Shown piece after piece: positions 63,185-64,000 of a stretch of DNA of 64,000 nucleotides. Each line of letters starts with the position of its first letter. The first letter of the stretch is position 1. The notes under the pieces are model-generated. The model made no database searches. It was not told the origin of the DNA and worked only from the letters and a program-made list of their open reading frames with translations. Made by a program: the position numbers and the translations under genes. The stretch comes from an uncultured Gammaproteobacteria bacterium (GTDB taxonomy: Bacteria; Patescibacteriota; Patescibacteriia; Patescibacteriales; UBA12465): the NCBI GenBank assembly GCA_964470695.1, contig CAYYDR010000001.1, positions 209,997 through 273,996 on the forward strand. The letters run 5' to 3'.

Positions 63185-64000
63185 ATGTTTAGGAAATTAA
63201 CCGTAAAAATAGTCAGTATTATTATCTTATGTTCGTTAATTTTGTTCGTTTTTTTGTTATGGAGAAGCCTGTCTGATCAGAAAAAGATTTTGTTGCCGCT
63301 TTTTGTGGAAAGGGCTAGGGCTACCGCTTACTCTATGGAGTCTAGTATAATGGGCGAAGAAGAAATCAAAGATCAGAGCGGGCTCTTGGCGGTTATTCAA
63401 AAGAACATGTGGCTTGATTCAGACATTATTAATGTCAGCATTAATATTCCTCAGGCGGAAAAACTTGTCGTCTATGTTTCTAATCAGCAAAGCTTAATTA
63501 ATAAAAACGCCGGACCCGGTAATTGGGAGTCTTTTTCTAAAGATATTTTTATTAGTCGGCTGGAAAAAATAAATAATTCTGAGGTTTTAGTAGCTATAAC
63601 CCCTATTCATATTTCCGGGAAAATAGTTGGGACTATCCAGATTGATTTTGATTTAGATAGTGTTAATAATAAGATTGAGGAGCATCAAACTCAAGAAGTG
63701 TCTTATTATCTCGTAATATTTATACTATCAATTATTGTCTTGACTATTATTTTTGAGTTAGTAGTCGTCAGGCCTATTTTAAAAGTTACCGAGGGAGTTA
63801 AATCCGTTGCTAATCTAGATTTTAGTTCTAAAATTAATGTTAAATCTCGCGATGAAATTGGCGATTTAGCTAATTCCTTTAATGAGATGAGTAATGAACT
63901 GAAAGAATCTAGAACTAAGTTGCAGCAATATAATCAGGATTTGGAAAAGCAGGTAGCGGATAAGACAAATGAGTTAAAAAATATTAATTTAGATTTAGAG
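63185..64000 (+). CDS. membrane sensor protein with a HAMP domain (3'-truncated by the window end; probably a histidine kinase)
   Basis: Hand translation, open for 272 codons to the window edge. TM, extracytoplasmic region of about 170 aa, TM, HAMP (RPILKVTEGVKSVANLDFSSKINVKSRDEIGDLANSFNEM), then a coiled coil. Confidence 0.75.
   Translation, partial: MFRKLTVKIVSIIILCSLILFVFLLWRSLSDQKKILLPLFVERARATAYSMESSIMGEEEIKDQSGLLAVIQKNMWLDSDIINVSINIPQAEKLVVYVSNQQSLINKNAGPGNWESFSKDIFISRLEKINNSEVLVAITPIHISGKIVGTIQIDFDLDSVNNKIEEHQTQEVSYYLVIFILSIIVLTIIFELVVVRPILKVTEGVKSVANLDFSSKINVKSRDEIGDLANSFNEMSNELKESRTKLQQYNQDLEKQVADKTNELKNINLDLE

Overview
AT-rich bacterial chromosomal segment. Genes are tightly packed, mostly in co-directional operons. 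The gene content is a reduced-genome housekeeping set, and many core genes have no visible Shine-Dalgarno (SD) sequence. By eye this resembles Candidate Phyla Radiation / Patescibacteria-type genomes; that placement is an inference and was not tested.

Secure content:
- hrcA-grpE-hsp20-dnaK-dnaJ heat-shock operon, preceded by a perfect CIRCE operator.
- Complete F1Fo ATP synthase operon (atpI-like, then atpB-E-F-H-A-G-D-C).
- Envelope genes: PBP2, MltG, MurA, UppP, GalU and four GT2 glycosyltransferases, plus three large polytopic membrane proteins, one (38558-40393) with a GT-C-type DE motif and the other two GT-C-like by topology only.
- tRNA modification and charging: MiaA, MiaB, GatB.
- A dTTP-synthesis cluster: dCMP deaminase, a ThyX-like protein, a P-loop kinase, and a Tmk-Dut fusion.
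- DnaB, YbaB, RecR and ribosomal protein L21.
- tRNA-Lys(UUU) and tRNA-Thr(UGU).
- An OmpR/histidine-kinase pair, and a second sensor cut off by the window end.

I found no rRNA, CRISPR array, transposase or integrase.

Most interesting candidates:
1. Three paralogous 'orphan swivel' proteins (1629-2987, 2997-4334, 30202-31506). Each carries a PEP-utilising phosphohistidine domain but no ATP-grasp or PEP/pyruvate module, and each locus is followed by a secreted protein.
2. A sensor kinase translationally coupled to a protein with two DDxxD motifs and a polyprenol-phosphate-type GT2, converging on a GT-C/TPR protein.
3. A Tmk-Dut fusion next to a ThyX-like protein whose signature motif is split between its two halves.
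4. Unannotated small ORFs with their own signals: a Cys-rich 51-aa ORF (promoter and terminator) and an Asn-rich 53-aa ORF (strong SD and terminator).
5. A gene with a beta-carbonic-anhydrase-like Zn motif appended to the atp operon.
6. A degenerate LOG/SLOG-like singleton and a DUF2157/GDYXXLXY membrane trio.

All functional calls rest on motif recognition by eye. No database search was run.
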